A stretch of DNA of 64,000 nucleotides, taken from Bacteroidota bacterium (GTDB lineage: Bacteria > Bacteroidota > Bacteroidia > Chitinophagales > LD1). The position numbers and the translations under genes were made by a program. The stretch covers positions 20,956 to 84,955 of the forward strand of contig CANJZE010000003.1 of assembly GCA_947479455.1 (NCBI GenBank), given 5' to 3'. Shown piece after piece: positions 1 to 10,914 of this stretch (position 1 is the stretch's first letter; every line of letters begins with the position of its first letter). The notes below the pieces were generated by a model. It saw only the letters and a program-made list of their open reading frames with translations. It did not search any database and was not told where the DNA came from.

Positions 1-1805
1 GTGATTACCGTGTCGGTAAAATAAGTACCTGTTCCTAACTTGATGATGGAATTGTTACAGCGTGCCATATCCAAAGCATTACTCAAATTAGTTGGGCTGG
101 CGGGTGTTCCTGTGCCGTTACCGTTGGTAGTAGCATAAATAACCACGCAACTTTGTGCCGGAGGTGGGGCCGCGCTGTTTATTACAGAACAAACGGTGTC
201 GCTAGGACAAGTTCCATTTATAGTGACGTATACACAGTAGGTAGCCGAAGTAGTAGGTGTAGCAATAGGATTTGGACAAGTAGTGCAACTTAAATTGGTA
301 GTAGGTGTCCAATGATAAGTTGGATTAGCGGCTGCGGTAGAAGCCAAAAGACTTACTGAGCCACCAGAGCAAAGTGTTGAATTAGCTGGAAAAATACTGA
401 TATCGGGTTTATAAATAACGTTTACAACAACCGCATCGCTCTTAGAGCATCCATCGGCATAATAAGCGGTAACCGTGTAAATGGTCGTTGAAACAGGGCT
501 CACGGTTATAGAAGGCGTGCTCCATGTATTCACTCCATCACTCCAACTATATGAAAGAGCAGAACCACCACTCACAGTAGCATTGAGGGTGGTTGAAACG
601 CCCGGACAAATAGTTACATCGGGTCCAGCGCTTACTGGTGGATCGCTGCTTGGTACCACGTTAATGGTGTAGGAGTAGGTATTATTTCCAGTTATTGGAC
701 AATGGTCATCTTGCACAGTTACAGTGAAAAAATTAGTTCCAACATCAGCCGAGGTAGTAGCCCAACAAAAAGTGCCGGTAGGATGTTGTCCGGCAGTAGT
801 TGTAAACGATGAACCGGGAATTCCGTTGTTGTTGGTCATGGTTACATTATCTCCGGCATCGGCATCGTTCGAGGTTATCGTGAAACAAGTATCGGAACAC
901 GCAGGTAAGGTTATCACGTAATTGTTTGAACCGTTGATACCTGAAGCTATAGGTAACTGATTGGTGCAATTAATAATAGTAAACTGCATGTCGCGCACAA
1001 CACAACCAATCAATACTCCATTACGATATTCATCAACTCGAATGGCTGCTACTGCCACCTGCAAAGCATCGGGGGTGTAATTAATATCGCCATTGATGGC
1101 ATCAACAGTATAGGGGTTTATAGCATTGGTATTAAAGGGTGTGCTTCCACTATAACCTGCAGCATAAGAAACGCTGGGTCCACCATTGGAGCGTGAAAAT
1201 ACCGGATGAAATGCCAGCGAATCGCCATCCACATCAATAACCCCGTGATTGTAATTGACCGGTTGATTGACACAATAAAATGGAATGGGATTATTTAAAA
1301 ATACAGGTGAATTATTACAAGGACTAATAGTATTGTTCAAACAAATGTCGATGTAAACAGTTTCGTTGAGTGGGTCAGTTAAGTTAGTTATAGCCGCATT
1401 GCGGCAGCATAACTCCCAACTAAGCAACCAATCGTCTCCGCAACCCGGAGGTAAGTTTAAAATGCCGGTGAAGGTGTATTTTTCCACTCCATATTGTCCA
1501 TTACCATTACATGCATCATTAGGTTGTTGCGGGCAAACAGGTGTTATGTCTTCAGGAGGACCTAACTGCGTAACTGTAATTGAACTATTCACTCCACATT
1601 GCACCGATGAAAAATCAATTCGATGTGAACCTACCATACTCACTCCATTACAATCGCGGTAAACCTGCAACGTAATACGGTATTGCCCTGGCGATATACA
1701 TTCGTAAGTCATATCTACACCCATGGTATGTGTTCCGAACGAATATTGTATGTCTGTAAATAAAAAAGCCATTGCAAAAAAGGCGGGGAGTAAAATTCTT
1801 TTCAT
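1..1805 (-). CDS. Large secreted cell-surface/adhesin-like protein, N-terminal part (gene runs off the window at position 1)
   Basis: Absent from the ORF track because there is no stop in the window. Manual minus-strand translation from the ATG at 1803-1805 gives MKRILLPAFFAMAFLFTDIQYSFGTHTMGVDMTYECISPGQYRI..., a signal peptide followed by Cys/Gly/Thr/Asn-rich sequence. I checked that the frame is still open at positions 3-59 (...CNNSIIKLGTGTYFTDTVIT). Plus-strand ORFs 481-672, 724-921 and 1366-1662 are antisense shadows. Confidence 0.7.
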   Translation of the reverse strand, partial: MKRILLPAFFAMAFLFTDIQYSFGTHTMGVDMTYECISPGQYRITLQVYRDCNGVSMVGSHRIDFSSVQCGVNSSITVTQLGPPEDITPVCPQQPNDACNGNGQYGVEKYTFTGILNLPPGCGDDWLLSWELCCRNAAITNLTDPLNETVYIDICLNNTISPCNNSPVFLNNPIPFYCVNQPVNYNHGVIDVDGDSLAFHPVFSRSNGGPSVSYAAGYSGSTPFNTNAINPYTVDAINGDINYTPDALQVAVAAIRVDEYRNGVLIGCVVRDMQFTIINCTNQLPIASGINGSNNYVITLPACSDTCFTITSNDADAGDNVTMTNNNGIPGSSFTTTAGQHPTGTFCWATTSADVGTNFFTVTVQDDHCPITGNNTYSYTINVVPSSDPPVSAGPDVTICPGVSTTLNATVSGGSALSYSWSDGVNTWSTPSITVSPVSTTIYTVTAYYADGCSKSDAVVVNVIYKPDISIFPANSTLCSGGSVSLLASTAAANPTYHWTPTTNLSCTTCPNPIATPTTSATYCVYVTINGTCPSDTVCSVINSAAPPPAQSCVVIYATTNGNGTGTPASPTNLSNALDMARCNNSIIKLGTGTYFTDTVI

Positions 1806-2227
1806 ACTCAGGTAGTGTGTTCCATCAGGGTTATAAAGTGAGCGTGTAAATATTGTCAATACAATCTTAGCAAACTAATAAACTTTAGTCATTAATCGCA
1901 AAAAAATAAGACCAGCGATTATCTCCTTTGGTTGTAAATAGAGGGTGCCAAGAGTAGAAGGGTTGCTTTACCGGTTGTAATAATGAATTCGTATAATTTT
2001 CAAACCATATACCCAGGTGAATTATTTTCAGTCTTGCGTTGCTCTTGTTTAGAACCACTAATGCCCGTTGTTCAGTACTTCGAGGCTAAAGTGTTGAATT
2101 TTTTAGCATGCGTTATCTGAGTATTGAGTGGGTAGTATTAAGCGATGATGACCAGAAAATGTAATGTTTGAAGAGTAGCAAAATTCTCTTTCAGGTAGCG
2201 ATCACAATTAAACAGGAGAGTAAATCG

Positions 2228-2956
2228 TTAATCATTAAAATACGAAGCAATCTCCACGAGAAATTTTTCTTCAACTGCACCTAAATCTTCCGCAGCTTTG
2301 TTTGATAATTTTAGAACAATTTCATTGTTTGAATCGACAGATGGAACTTTACCCACCACTTTTACAAAAATGGTTTTGTGATTCAATAAATTTGTAACAC
2401 GTATAATGGAGTTTGTTTCTGCCTCGTTATAAAAAGCAAGATTCTGATTTCCTGAAGTAACGGTGGTTAGATAATTGGCAGCTCCCTTATTCTTCTTCAT
2501 TTTCATTCCTAACATAGAATACTGATTAAACAAGAATGGATATTCATTGGCAACATTTGTTACAGGTTTTGAAACGGGGGTACTTGTAGTATTGTCTATT
2601 CCTGTTTCGTTCGTTGCTACCGAAGGAATTACATTTCGTTCGCGCATGTCTTCATCTCGATAGGGTGTGTCGGGAGTTGATGGTACAAAAATCGGTTTGT
2701 AGCTTGAACGTTCAGCGGATGTAGTTTGTAGTACTGTGTCTTCAATAGGAATTAATAATAACTGACCTATACGTATGTTTGAATTGGATAAGTTACGGTT
2801 TGCTTTTAGCACGTCATTTACATTTAAGCCATATTTTTTTGAAATTGAATAAATCGTTTCTCCTTTTTTTACCACGTGTTTTCGAGTTTGTATATTAGCA
2901 TCTAACTGCAAGCTTGCTAATGAAAAAGACAATACAACCATCCAAATTCTTCCCAT
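2228..2956 (-). CDS. LysM peptidoglycan-binding domain protein (secreted)
   Basis: N-terminal signal-like segment, then a LysM motif (VVKKGETIYSISKKYGLNVNDVLKANRNLSNSNIRIGQLLLIP). Confidence 0.8.
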   Translation of the reverse strand: MGRIWMVVLSFSLASLQLDANIQTRKHVVKKGETIYSISKKYGLNVNDVLKANRNLSNSNIRIGQLLLIPIEDTVLQTTSAERSSYKPIFVPSTPDTPYRDEDMRERNVIPSVATNETGIDNTTSTPVSKPVTNVANEYPFLFNQYSMLGMKMKKNKGAANYLTTVTSGNQNLAFYNEAETNSIIRVTNLLNHKTIFVKVVGKVPSVDSNNEIVLKLSNKAAEDLGAVEEKFLVEIASYFND

Positions 2957-3006
2957 TGTTTTTTATTTGATGAACAACACAAATTTATCTGCGCTATTAT
3001 TACGTC

Positions 3007-4344
3007 ATGAACCTAACTCGAAACATTCCCACATTACTTTACGTCTTTCTGTTCAGTATAGTAAACGTATCGGCTCAAACCAAAATTGTATATACCTTCG
3101 AAATGCACGAAGAAATTGGTCCGGCCATGACTCGTTTAACTGAATACGCTATTGCTGAAGCAGAGAAAAAAAGCGCAGCGTACATTCTTATTGACATGGA
3201 TACCTACGGTGGAATGGTGCTGGATGGAGATAACATTCGCACCGCACTTTTAAAAACAAAAATTCCTACGATCGTTTTCGTTCGCAACAATGCCGCCAGT
3301 GCAGGTGCACTTATAGCCATTGCCTGCGATTCAATTTACATGCTGCCCGGCTCTACTATTGGCGCTGCAAGTGTAGTCAATCAACAAGGCGAGTTGATGC
3401 CTGAAAAATATCAAAGCTATATGCGTAAAAAAATGCGAGCAACTGCCGAGCAAACCGGAAGAAACCCGCTAATAGCAGAAGGCATGACGGATGAGAACCT
3501 GGAAATTGATTCAATCAAACCCAAAGGCAAAATTATAACCTTCAGTACCAATGAAGCTATCAAATATGGTTACTGCAATGCAGAAGTTGAAAAACTCGAA
3601 GATGTTTTAGCGAAGTTGAAAGAAGGGGAGTTTGTGTTAGAAAATCATGAATCAACTTTAGTGGAAACACTTTTGTTATGGTTGGTAAATCCTGCTGTTT
3701 CAGGAATTTTTTTGCTGCTTATTTTTGCAGGAATTTATTTTGAATTTAAAGCACCAGGCACGTTCTTGCCTATTGGGCTTTCATTAATTGCTGCACTTTT
3801 TTATTTCGCACCACTTTATCTCGAAGGTTTAGCCACCAATTGGGAAATACTGGTTTTTGCTTCAGGTATTATTTTAATTGTTCTCGAAATTTTTGTTATC
3901 CCTGGTTTTGGTATTGCTGGTATCAGCGGAATCGTGCTTACCATTGCTGGTCTCACGCTGGCTTTGGTGCGCAACATTGATTTTGATTTTACCTTTGTGC
4001 CAAAAGGAAGTTTAGCTGTTTCGTTTTTAGTTGTAAGTTTAGCCATGGCACTTCCGTTAATACTTATTATCGCGTTGGGCCAAAAACTTTTTGATTCAAC
4101 TCTGTTCAAAAAAATGGGAGTGGAGGCTGAAATGAAAACTGTCGATGGGTTTTCTGTTCGCGATAATGAGTTGCAGCGTTTAATTGGGCAAACAGGAATT
4201 GCTGTAACCAACCTACGTCCTTCGGGGAAAATTGAAATTAATAACTTTCAATACGATTCCATAGCCGATGGAAATTTTATTTCTAAAGATGCAGTGGTTA
4301 AAGTAATCCGCGTTCAGGCTACCTATCTCGTTGTAAGTATATAA
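3007..4344 (+). CDS. NfeD-family membrane-bound ClpP-class serine protease
   Basis: ClpP/NfeD-like N-terminal region (ILIDMDTYGGMVLDG...NNAASAGALIAIACDSIYMLPGSTIGAASVV), a central block of about four TM helices, and a C-terminal NfeD OB-like tail (GQTGIAVTNLRPSGKIEINNFQYDSIADGNFISKDAVVKVIRV). Confidence 0.8.
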   Translation: MNLTRNIPTLLYVFLFSIVNVSAQTKIVYTFEMHEEIGPAMTRLTEYAIAEAEKKSAAYILIDMDTYGGMVLDGDNIRTALLKTKIPTIVFVRNNAASAGALIAIACDSIYMLPGSTIGAASVVNQQGELMPEKYQSYMRKKMRATAEQTGRNPLIAEGMTDENLEIDSIKPKGKIITFSTNEAIKYGYCNAEVEKLEDVLAKLKEGEFVLENHESTLVETLLLWLVNPAVSGIFLLLIFAGIYFEFKAPGTFLPIGLSLIAALFYFAPLYLEGLATNWEILVFASGIILIVLEIFVIPGFGIAGISGIVLTIAGLTLALVRNIDFDFTFVPKGSLAVSFLVVSLAMALPLILIIALGQKLFDSTLFKKMGVEAEMKTVDGFSVRDNELQRLIGQTGIAVTNLRPSGKIEINNFQYDSIADGNFISKDAVVKVIRVQATYLVVSI

Positions 4345-4362
4345 AACAGGCATTGTTATAAA

Positions 4363-4405
4363 CAAAAAAGTCCCCTTCAGATTTACTGAAGGGGACTAAA
4401 TTTTA
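4363..4405. terminator. Bidirectional intrinsic terminator between convergent genes
   Basis: Perfect 12-bp stem AGTCCCCTTCAG (4369-4380) / CTGAAGGGGACT (4386-4397) with loop ATTTA. It is flanked by an A-run upstream and a T-run downstream. Confidence 0.85.
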
Positions 4406-4419
4406 GTGATGGCATTCCG

Positions 4420-7400
4420 CTACTTCGAACTTACAAACACTTTCTTAGTTGTAATGTCATCGTTGTTCTTTACTCTTACAATAACATAAGCGGCTTCAAG
4501 ATTTGTAAAAGCTCTGCGATAAACGGAAGAGCGACCAAATCTTTCACTGCTCAATTGTTGACCAAGGACATTATATATTTCAATCTGGGCTTCCACTTTA
4601 GGTTGCTTGCCAAAATCAACATAAACGGTATTGTCGTTACTCCAAATGGTAATCCCCGACTTGTCAGTAATAGAATTGATATCAGTAGTTGCCTTTTCGG
4701 TTACCGTAATTTGTTGTGTGCTTGTGCCATTACAGTCTGAATTAGTCGATGTAAGTGTGGCACTATAAACGCCCGGAGAAGTATAATTGTGTACCACATC
4801 AAAACCATTAGCAGAGGTGTTATCGCCAAATTCCCAAACGTTGTTTGTTGTATTTGTAGAAGTAGATGTAAAGGTTACATCCTCATTCTGCTCTACAATG
4901 TTTGCTGAAGTTACAAAAGACGATTGCACGACCTGAACACCATTTACTTGAATCTGTTTAACCACAGTATAGTTATGATTGTCAACGAGTGTAATCGTAT
5001 AAACTCCCTGTGCAGCATTCACAGTAATGGGATTATTGTTGTTTAAACTTCCGCTGCTAATCTGATCTCCATTACTATTTGTTACAACATAATTCCAGTT
5101 AGCTATTCCAACTTGTTCAGCATGTATTACACCTAATGTGTTACAAGTGGCATCAGTATGGTTGATAACAACAGGTGGAGTAAGGTGTAACACAAAACGG
5201 TCAAGGTTATCAGTTGTATCACCCGTGAATGAATAATTGCCATTTCGTACGTCATGCCATGTATTGGTCTTTCTATCTTCAAGCATAATATAACTGGTAG
5301 CGTCAAACGAATTCAACCCTTCAAAACTCATGGTGAAAGCACCCGGTAATCCGGCATCAAATCCTACAGGAATTGTTGTATTGTTACTAATGGAGGATAG
5401 TGTATTTCTTGCCATCGGCATATTGTTATTCTCAGAATAGAGACTGAGCCTATCCGGATCTCCCCATAGCTTATTGCCATCATACACTGCATCAAAATTG
5501 TCAGTTGCTTGTGTATTGAAGGCTACGATTGTTCTATCTCTTAAACCATTTGTATTGTCAACGTTAATGGCCAATTCTTGGTCGTTGTTCATGCTATGGA
5601 AATAAACTGAAGACGGTGTTCTTACACGGTCTGAACCACTAATGGTGTAGTTTGCCAAACCTCCTACAGCAGTCTTGTGCACTAGGAATGCTTGGAATGG
5701 AGCTATATTTACCGCCTCAAAACCTACCTGGTAATATCTATAACCCCCAGCATAAGGACCCGTTGTTTGCCAAACAGCAACTTGGTTATCCATACCGGCT
5801 CCACCACTTGAACTCAACGATAAATTTGCTAACCAAGGATTTGAAAGAATGTGCCAACCTGAAGTATCTCTATGACCCTGTAATGTCATGTTAGACCATC
5901 CACTATTAGTTAACGATGTTCGAGTATAACTTGTTGCCTGGTTAGCATTACCGGTAATGCTCAGAATACCCGCACCTCCTCTTGAAACGGAATACCCACG
6001 TGCATTTTCGGTATTGCCTGTTTTTACAATATACCAACCTTGTAGGTTACAAACTGCGGCATCTGGCCAGTTTTCGTCAAACTTGGCCATGTTACCTATA
6101 GGTGAATTTGCACTTGATTTTTTCTCATCGCAAAGGGTGTTTATCACTCTACCTTCAGTTCCATTTGCACCAAATGCAGTGTACAGTGGTTGATCGATTG
6201 GCGAACCCATATAGTGCTGGGTTTTGTACGAAGGAGAAGTAGGAGCATCATATTTCCGTTGCATGGTAACTGCCCCACTTATAGAACCGTTCATGCCTGG
6301 GCTAAAGTTGTCAATAATGGCAGAATGGCTGGCTGAGTTACTTACAAACACAAGGAAATTCGAAGCAGTTACGTTCACTACTCCAGTTTTTAACTCTAAC
6401 GCATTTGCAATTTGAGTAGCTGCAGTATTAATGCTAACGCCAGCAGTGTTATCAATTTGCAAGATTGCATTGAATTTGCTTTTTCCGGTAAGTGTTTGTA
6501 CTATACTCGGAGTGCTTTTCATAATCAATTTTCCTGAACCATTAATCGTGCTTACAATAGATGTTACAGAACCAACTAAATTACTGCAAAGGATAAGGTC
6601 ATTATTTAGGGTAAGAGAAGCCCCATTTACTAAGGTGATTGTTCCTACAGTTAAGCCAGGAATATTTACAGTAGGAGCAAAAGGTGTTCCTGCTTGAATA
6701 TAGGCTTTCTGAGTGCAATCATCTGGATAATCTGGAACCTGAAAACTCCAGTTGCTGTTGTTATTCCAATCGGTGCTGGTTGTGCCTATCCAAACATACC
6801 CATCATACACATTCATAACAGTTTGGGCTGAAGCCGAACATCCATTTGCATCTGTTACGGTCACTTTATAAGTGCCGGTCATGTTTACAGTAGTTGGAGT
6901 GCGTGTAGGATTTTGAAGTAAGTGTGCGGGGTTTGTTGCAAACGATGCCGGACCGCTCCAATTATAAGTATATCCCGGAGTTCCTCCGGAAGGATTTGAA
7001 AATAGATTAGCTGTTACGGTAGTAGAATATGGACTACCATTTGATGCAGTGACCGTTAATCCTGAACCAGGCTGTGTTATAGTTACACTTGAAGCGTTAG
7101 TAATACAGCCAGCGGCATCTTTCACTTTAATTTGATAGGTTCCTGCGGTTAATCCAGTGAAAATATTTGGTAATTGAAAGGTAACTCCGTTATCTTTTGA
7201 ATAAGTGTAAGTTCCTGTACCACCCGCAGCGCTGACTGTTATTGATGCGTTACTACCTCCAAAGCAGAAAACGTTCACTTGTGAAGTAGTAAAAGTAATG
7301 GCAGTAGGTTGAACAATAGTAATACTTGTAAATCCTTGAATGCAACCATTATCATCTCTTATGCCGGCCATATAATTTGCGGCCGGCAAATTGATGAAGG

Positions 7401-10400
7401 TGAATGGATCTGGACCAAACTGGAAAGTACTTCCATTATTAATAGAAAACTGATAAGGTGGCACTCCACCATTTCCGTTTATTGTTATAGTGCCATCACC
7501 AGCTCCGTTACAGTTTACGTCAGTGTAGCTTGTAGTATAAGTAACTAAGGATGGTTCTGAAATTTGAATATTACTTGCTGCTGTTACGCATCCATTAGCG
7601 TCTCTAACCTTAACCGGATAAATATTTGCCGCCAGTGTACTAAACACATTGCTTATCTGAAAATTCGAACCGTCATCATCAGAATATTCATATCCTGGTG
7701 TTCCTCCCCCTGCAGCAATTGTTATACTTCCGGTATTGTCTCCGTTGCAAAGTACATGAACCAAGGAAGTTGTAAAGGTAACTCCAGTAGGTTCTGTAAT
7801 TGTAACCTGTTGAGCTGAGGTGATACAGTTATTCGCATCTTTCACTACAATATCGTAAGTGCCTGCAGTCAATCCATTGAACACATTACTAAGTTGATAG
7901 CTTAATCCGTTATTCTTTGAATATCTATAAATGGTGGTGCCACCAGTTGCCGATACAGTAATAGATCCGGTATTATCACCATTGCAAAGCACGTCAACTT
8001 GTGAAGTGGTAAAACCTAGAACCGCGGGTTCATTAATTGTTACGCTAACAAAGGTAGTGGGACAAGAATTTGCATCTGTGATTCCAACAAGGTAACTCGC
8101 AGGCGTTAAACTGCTGAAAGTATATGGATCAGCACCTGCGTTATAGATGCTTCCATTATCATTAGAATATTGATAAGGTGCAACTCCTCCGCTTCCGTTC
8201 AATGTTATTGTTCCGTTATTATCTCCAAAACAAACTACGTCTGTTTTACTTGTGGTAAAGGACAAAGCTGAGGGTTGAGTAATTGTTACGTTTGTATTTG
8301 CAGTTTCACATCCGTTAGCGTCTTTCACCCTGATGGAATAACTGCCTTGGGCAAGTCCGGTAAATATATTACTAACCTGGAAAGGACCGGTTGCTCCATT
8401 TTTCGAATAGGTATACCCGGGTGTTCCACCAGCAGCAGTTACCGTAATTGTTCCAGTACTTCCTCCATTACAAAGCACAGCAGTGTGTGTTTCGGTGAGT
8501 GTAGGTAAACTAGCAGGTTGTGTAAGATTAATAGTTGAAACAGGAACACTAAAACAACCATTTGCATCTCGAATCATAATGTCATACGCACCTGCCGATA
8601 AACCTGTAAATGTATACGGGCTAGTTTGATTTACTACAGGATATGTTCCTCCTCCATCTTTTGAAAAGCGAAAGAGACTCGTTCCTGTGGTTACGTTAAC
8701 CAAGATAGTTCCAGACGTTCCACCATTACAAAGAATATTAGATGGAGTGGTAGTAAAAGTAGGATAAGGATATACTGTGACTACCTGTGAGGCACAAGTA
8801 GTACTATTACAAGCGCCTTTGCGATTTACGTAATAGGTGGTTGTTCCTACTGGAGGACTAACAGTTATAGGCGAACCGGTACCTAAAAGTACTCCGGCTC
8901 CCAGGTGTATGAAATCTATGTCCATTGTAACACCAGTATTACCCGCCCAATCAAAACGCCAGCCGGTAATATTACCTATTGTATTGTAAAGTGCATTGGT
9001 AGATAAATCAATGTTTAAAGTATGCCAAGCATTATCGCTAATTAATGCTCCAGCTACAGAGTAACCTCCAGTAGCGCCAGGAAGAGAGGCACTTGTAAAA
9101 AATATTTCAGCAGTACCAGCGGTACCTGCGGTAACCTTATACCGTATCTGTATGTTTTTGTAAGTTGCAGGAGCAAAAGTTCCTATTCCATGCATCACAA
9201 TCATTGGGTCACCATTGGTAGAAGTTACATTTAATACTCCGTTAGCAGTTGAATTAACCGTGGTACCCGAAGTCGTATATGGTTGCGAACCCCAATCCTG
9301 TTCAAATCCTCCGGCACCACCACATGCTCCTGAATACCAAACATCAACTCCAGCTGTACCTGTTGTACCGCCAGTTGCTGTTAATGATGTACTTCCTACA
9401 GATTGACAATAGGCAGTGGTTCCAGTGATGCCAGTAGGTGCAGTGGATAATGTATTTACAGTAATTGCTTTGGTACTCGATGCTGCACTAACACACCCAT
9501 CATTGTTAGCAAAAACAGTTAATGTACCACCCACGGTTGGCGAAAAAGTAACGCTATTAGTTGAGCCAGTTGGGGCAGGACTGCCGCCAGGATAAGTCCA
9601 GTTATATAAACTGGTAACACTTGTAACACTATATGTATTAGATGTACCACTACATACCACTGAGTTTCCTGAAATAGCACTTGGCGTAGCTGGTGTTACC
9701 CTATTATAGGTAAGTACTGCTGAGGTTGCTACCCAAGTACAGCTACTTCTGCTTGCCTGTACAACCATACTATTAGAGGTTCCGGAAAACCAGTTAGTAT
9801 TATTTCCGGTTATAGTGCCACCGGTTCCGTTAGATACAATTTGTACCTGATTAATGTTTGCAGGAAGCGCACCCCAAGAAAGATTATAGTAAGTATTAGG
9901 TGATATGGATATCGTTCTTGTTGCGCCTGAACCCACCGCTACTTGCCCGGTACCACAGCCGCTTGGACTTGTGGGTGCAGGTAAACTACTTCCTTCAGCA
10001 GCAATTCCATATCCTGTAACGATTGCATTAAATGTACAAGTGGCTCCTCCAGGCGATATAGTGTGAGTAATTGTAGTAGTTCCCAAAGGGAATGTAGCGC
10101 CACTCGCTAAACCCGAGGTACGGTTAACTAAACCACAAGTAGCAGTAGGAGTAGAATAACTAACTGCGGCTCCGGCACAAGTTGCCGATGTAGAATTTAC
10201 CACAACATCAGAAGAACAAGATGTAAACGAACCAATACATGGTGTCCAACGCCATGCTGTTCCGTTAGTCAAACCCTGGTTGCAGGCAGCTTGATAACCT
10301 ACAGTTCCTGCACTATTCTCTATTCCTATTGTTGCGCTGCTGTTATTATAAGCTTGCTGAAGGTGTACCTCAATGTTATTACTTGTTTCGAACAGTTTTA

Positions 10401-10914
10401 CTTGCACATACACATAATTAGCGCAAGTTCCTCCGGCTACAGTACTGTAGGCTTCATAATAAACAGTATATACTCTATTAGGCGAGGACCCCGTAGTTCC
10501 ATCATTAAAAAAAGTTGGCGTACAACCATAGGCAAAATAAAGGTCATCCCAATAAGCGGCAATTACATTGTTCGGAGCTGTTGAATTCGGAAGACACTGG
10601 TTAACCCATTCGGTGCTTGTACCGCCAAATGTCAATAGACCATTTGTATTAACATCTACAGTTGTATAATTATTTCCAAAGAAATTGAAAGTAAAACCAA
10701 TATTTCTAGAGTAGTCGCAGTCATCACAATCTATTGTAGAAATGGCATTTGCCGGTCGTGCGCTTAAGCTATAGGTAATTGTTGATTGTGTATAAGATGG
10801 TTGTCCTATTGTTTCCTTAGGTATAGCTACTAGTAAAGCCAAAGCCACAAAAATAATAGTTAAGTGAGTCTTAAAGGTAGACAAGATTGTTGTAGAAGTA
10901 AAATTGTTTTTCAT
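4420..10914 (-). CDS. Giant (~2164 aa) T9SS-secreted adhesin with SprB-type repeats, a PKD-like domain and a C-terminal T9SS sorting domain
   Basis: The track ORF 4420-11106 is probably over-extended. The internal ATG at 10912-10914 gives MKNNFTSTTILSTFKTHLTIIFVALALLVAIPKETIGQ, a signal/anchor. About 7-8 tandem ~80-aa repeats of the type CNGGSTGTITVTAAGGTPGYTYS...GTY.I.V.DANGC follow. A PKD-like segment is present (WEFGDNTSANGFDVVHNYTSPGVYSATLTSTN). The C-terminus resembles a T9SS CTD (IEIYNVLGQQL...YVIVRVKNNDDITTKKVFV). Confidence 0.85.
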   Translation of the reverse strand: MKNNFTSTTILSTFKTHLTIIFVALALLVAIPKETIGQPSYTQSTITYSLSARPANAISTIDCDDCDYSRNIGFTFNFFGNNYTTVDVNTNGLLTFGGTSTEWVNQCLPNSTAPNNVIAAYWDDLYFAYGCTPTFFNDGTTGSSPNRVYTVYYEAYSTVAGGTCANYVYVQVKLFETSNNIEVHLQQAYNNSSATIGIENSAGTVGYQAACNQGLTNGTAWRWTPCIGSFTSCSSDVVVNSTSATCAGAAVSYSTPTATCGLVNRTSGLASGATFPLGTTTITHTISPGGATCTFNAIVTGYGIAAEGSSLPAPTSPSGCGTGQVAVGSGATRTISISPNTYYNLSWGALPANINQVQIVSNGTGGTITGNNTNWFSGTSNSMVVQASRSSCTWVATSAVLTYNRVTPATPSAISGNSVVCSGTSNTYSVTSVTSLYNWTYPGGSPAPTGSTNSVTFSPTVGGTLTVFANNDGCVSAASSTKAITVNTLSTAPTGITGTTAYCQSVGSTSLTATGGTTGTAGVDVWYSGACGGAGGFEQDWGSQPYTTSGTTVNSTANGVLNVTSTNGDPMIVMHGIGTFAPATYKNIQIRYKVTAGTAGTAEIFFTSASLPGATGGYSVAGALISDNAWHTLNIDLSTNALYNTIGNITGWRFDWAGNTGVTMDIDFIHLGAGVLLGTGSPITVSPPVGTTTYYVNRKGACNSTTCASQVVTVYPYPTFTTTPSNILCNGGTSGTILVNVTTGTSLFRFSKDGGGTYPVVNQTSPYTFTGLSAGAYDIMIRDANGCFSVPVSTINLTQPASLPTLTETHTAVLCNGGSTGTITVTAAGGTPGYTYSKNGATGPFQVSNIFTGLAQGSYSIRVKDANGCETANTNVTITQPSALSFTTSKTDVVCFGDNNGTITLNGSGGVAPYQYSNDNGSIYNAGADPYTFSSLTPASYLVGITDANSCPTTFVSVTINEPAVLGFTTSQVDVLCNGDNTGSITVSATGGTTIYRYSKNNGLSYQLSNVFNGLTAGTYDIVVKDANNCITSAQQVTITEPTGVTFTTSLVHVLCNGDNTGSITIAAGGGTPGYEYSDDDGSNFQISNVFSTLAANIYPVKVRDANGCVTAASNIQISEPSLVTYTTSYTDVNCNGAGDGTITINGNGGVPPYQFSINNGSTFQFGPDPFTFINLPAANYMAGIRDDNGCIQGFTSITIVQPTAITFTTSQVNVFCFGGSNASITVSAAGGTGTYTYSKDNGVTFQLPNIFTGLTAGTYQIKVKDAAGCITNASSVTITQPGSGLTVTASNGSPYSTTVTANLFSNPSGGTPGYTYNWSGPASFATNPAHLLQNPTRTPTTVNMTGTYKVTVTDANGCSASAQTVMNVYDGYVWIGTTSTDWNNNSNWSFQVPDYPDDCTQKAYIQAGTPFAPTVNIPGLTVGTITLVNGASLTLNNDLILCSNLVGSVTSIVSTINGSGKLIMKSTPSIVQTLTGKSKFNAILQIDNTAGVSINTAATQIANALELKTGVVNVTASNFLVFVSNSASHSAIIDNFSPGMNGSISGAVTMQRKYDAPTSPSYKTQHYMGSPIDQPLYTAFGANGTEGRVINTLCDEKKSSANSPIGNMAKFDENWPDAAVCNLQGWYIVKTGNTENARGYSVSRGGAGILSITGNANQATSYTRTSLTNSGWSNMTLQGHRDTSGWHILSNPWLANLSLSSSGGAGMDNQVAVWQTTGPYAGGYRYYQVGFEAVNIAPFQAFLVHKTAVGGLANYTISGSDRVRTPSSVYFHSMNNDQELAINVDNTNGLRDRTIVAFNTQATDNFDAVYDGNKLWGDPDRLSLYSENNNMPMARNTLSSISNNTTIPVGFDAGLPGAFTMSFEGLNSFDATSYIMLEDRKTNTWHDVRNGNYSFTGDTTDNLDRFVLHLTPPVVINHTDATCNTLGVIHAEQVGIANWNYVVTNSNGDQISSGSLNNNNPITVNAAQGVYTITLVDNHNYTVVKQIQVNGVQVVQSSFVTSANIVEQNEDVTFTSTSTNTTNNVWEFGDNTSANGFDVVHNYTSPGVYSATLTSTNSDCNGTSTQQITVTEKATTDINSITDKSGITIWSNDNTVYVDFGKQPKVEAQIEIYNVLGQQLSSERFGRSSVYRRAFTNLEAAYVIVRVKNNDDITTKKVFVSSK
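6810..8775 (-). repeat. Tandem in-frame ~240-nt domain repeats (SprB-type) inside the giant adhesin gene
   Basis: The periodic protein motif (C.G...G.I.V...GG...Y.YS...G......F..L..G.Y...V.D.NGC) recurs 7-8 times. Boundaries are approximate. Confidence 0.7.

Noticed and set aside
3816-4211. 131-aa minus-strand ORF inside the NfeD gene
   Set aside because: It lies antisense to a well-supported CDS in its TM-helix region. Hydrophobic-region shadows like this are common.
4555-10584. About a dozen plus-strand ORFs (61-97 aa) inside the giant adhesin gene
   Set aside because: They are antisense shadows of a long repeat-rich minus-strand CDS. Their composition is low-complexity Cys/Ser/Ile-rich and none has a motif.
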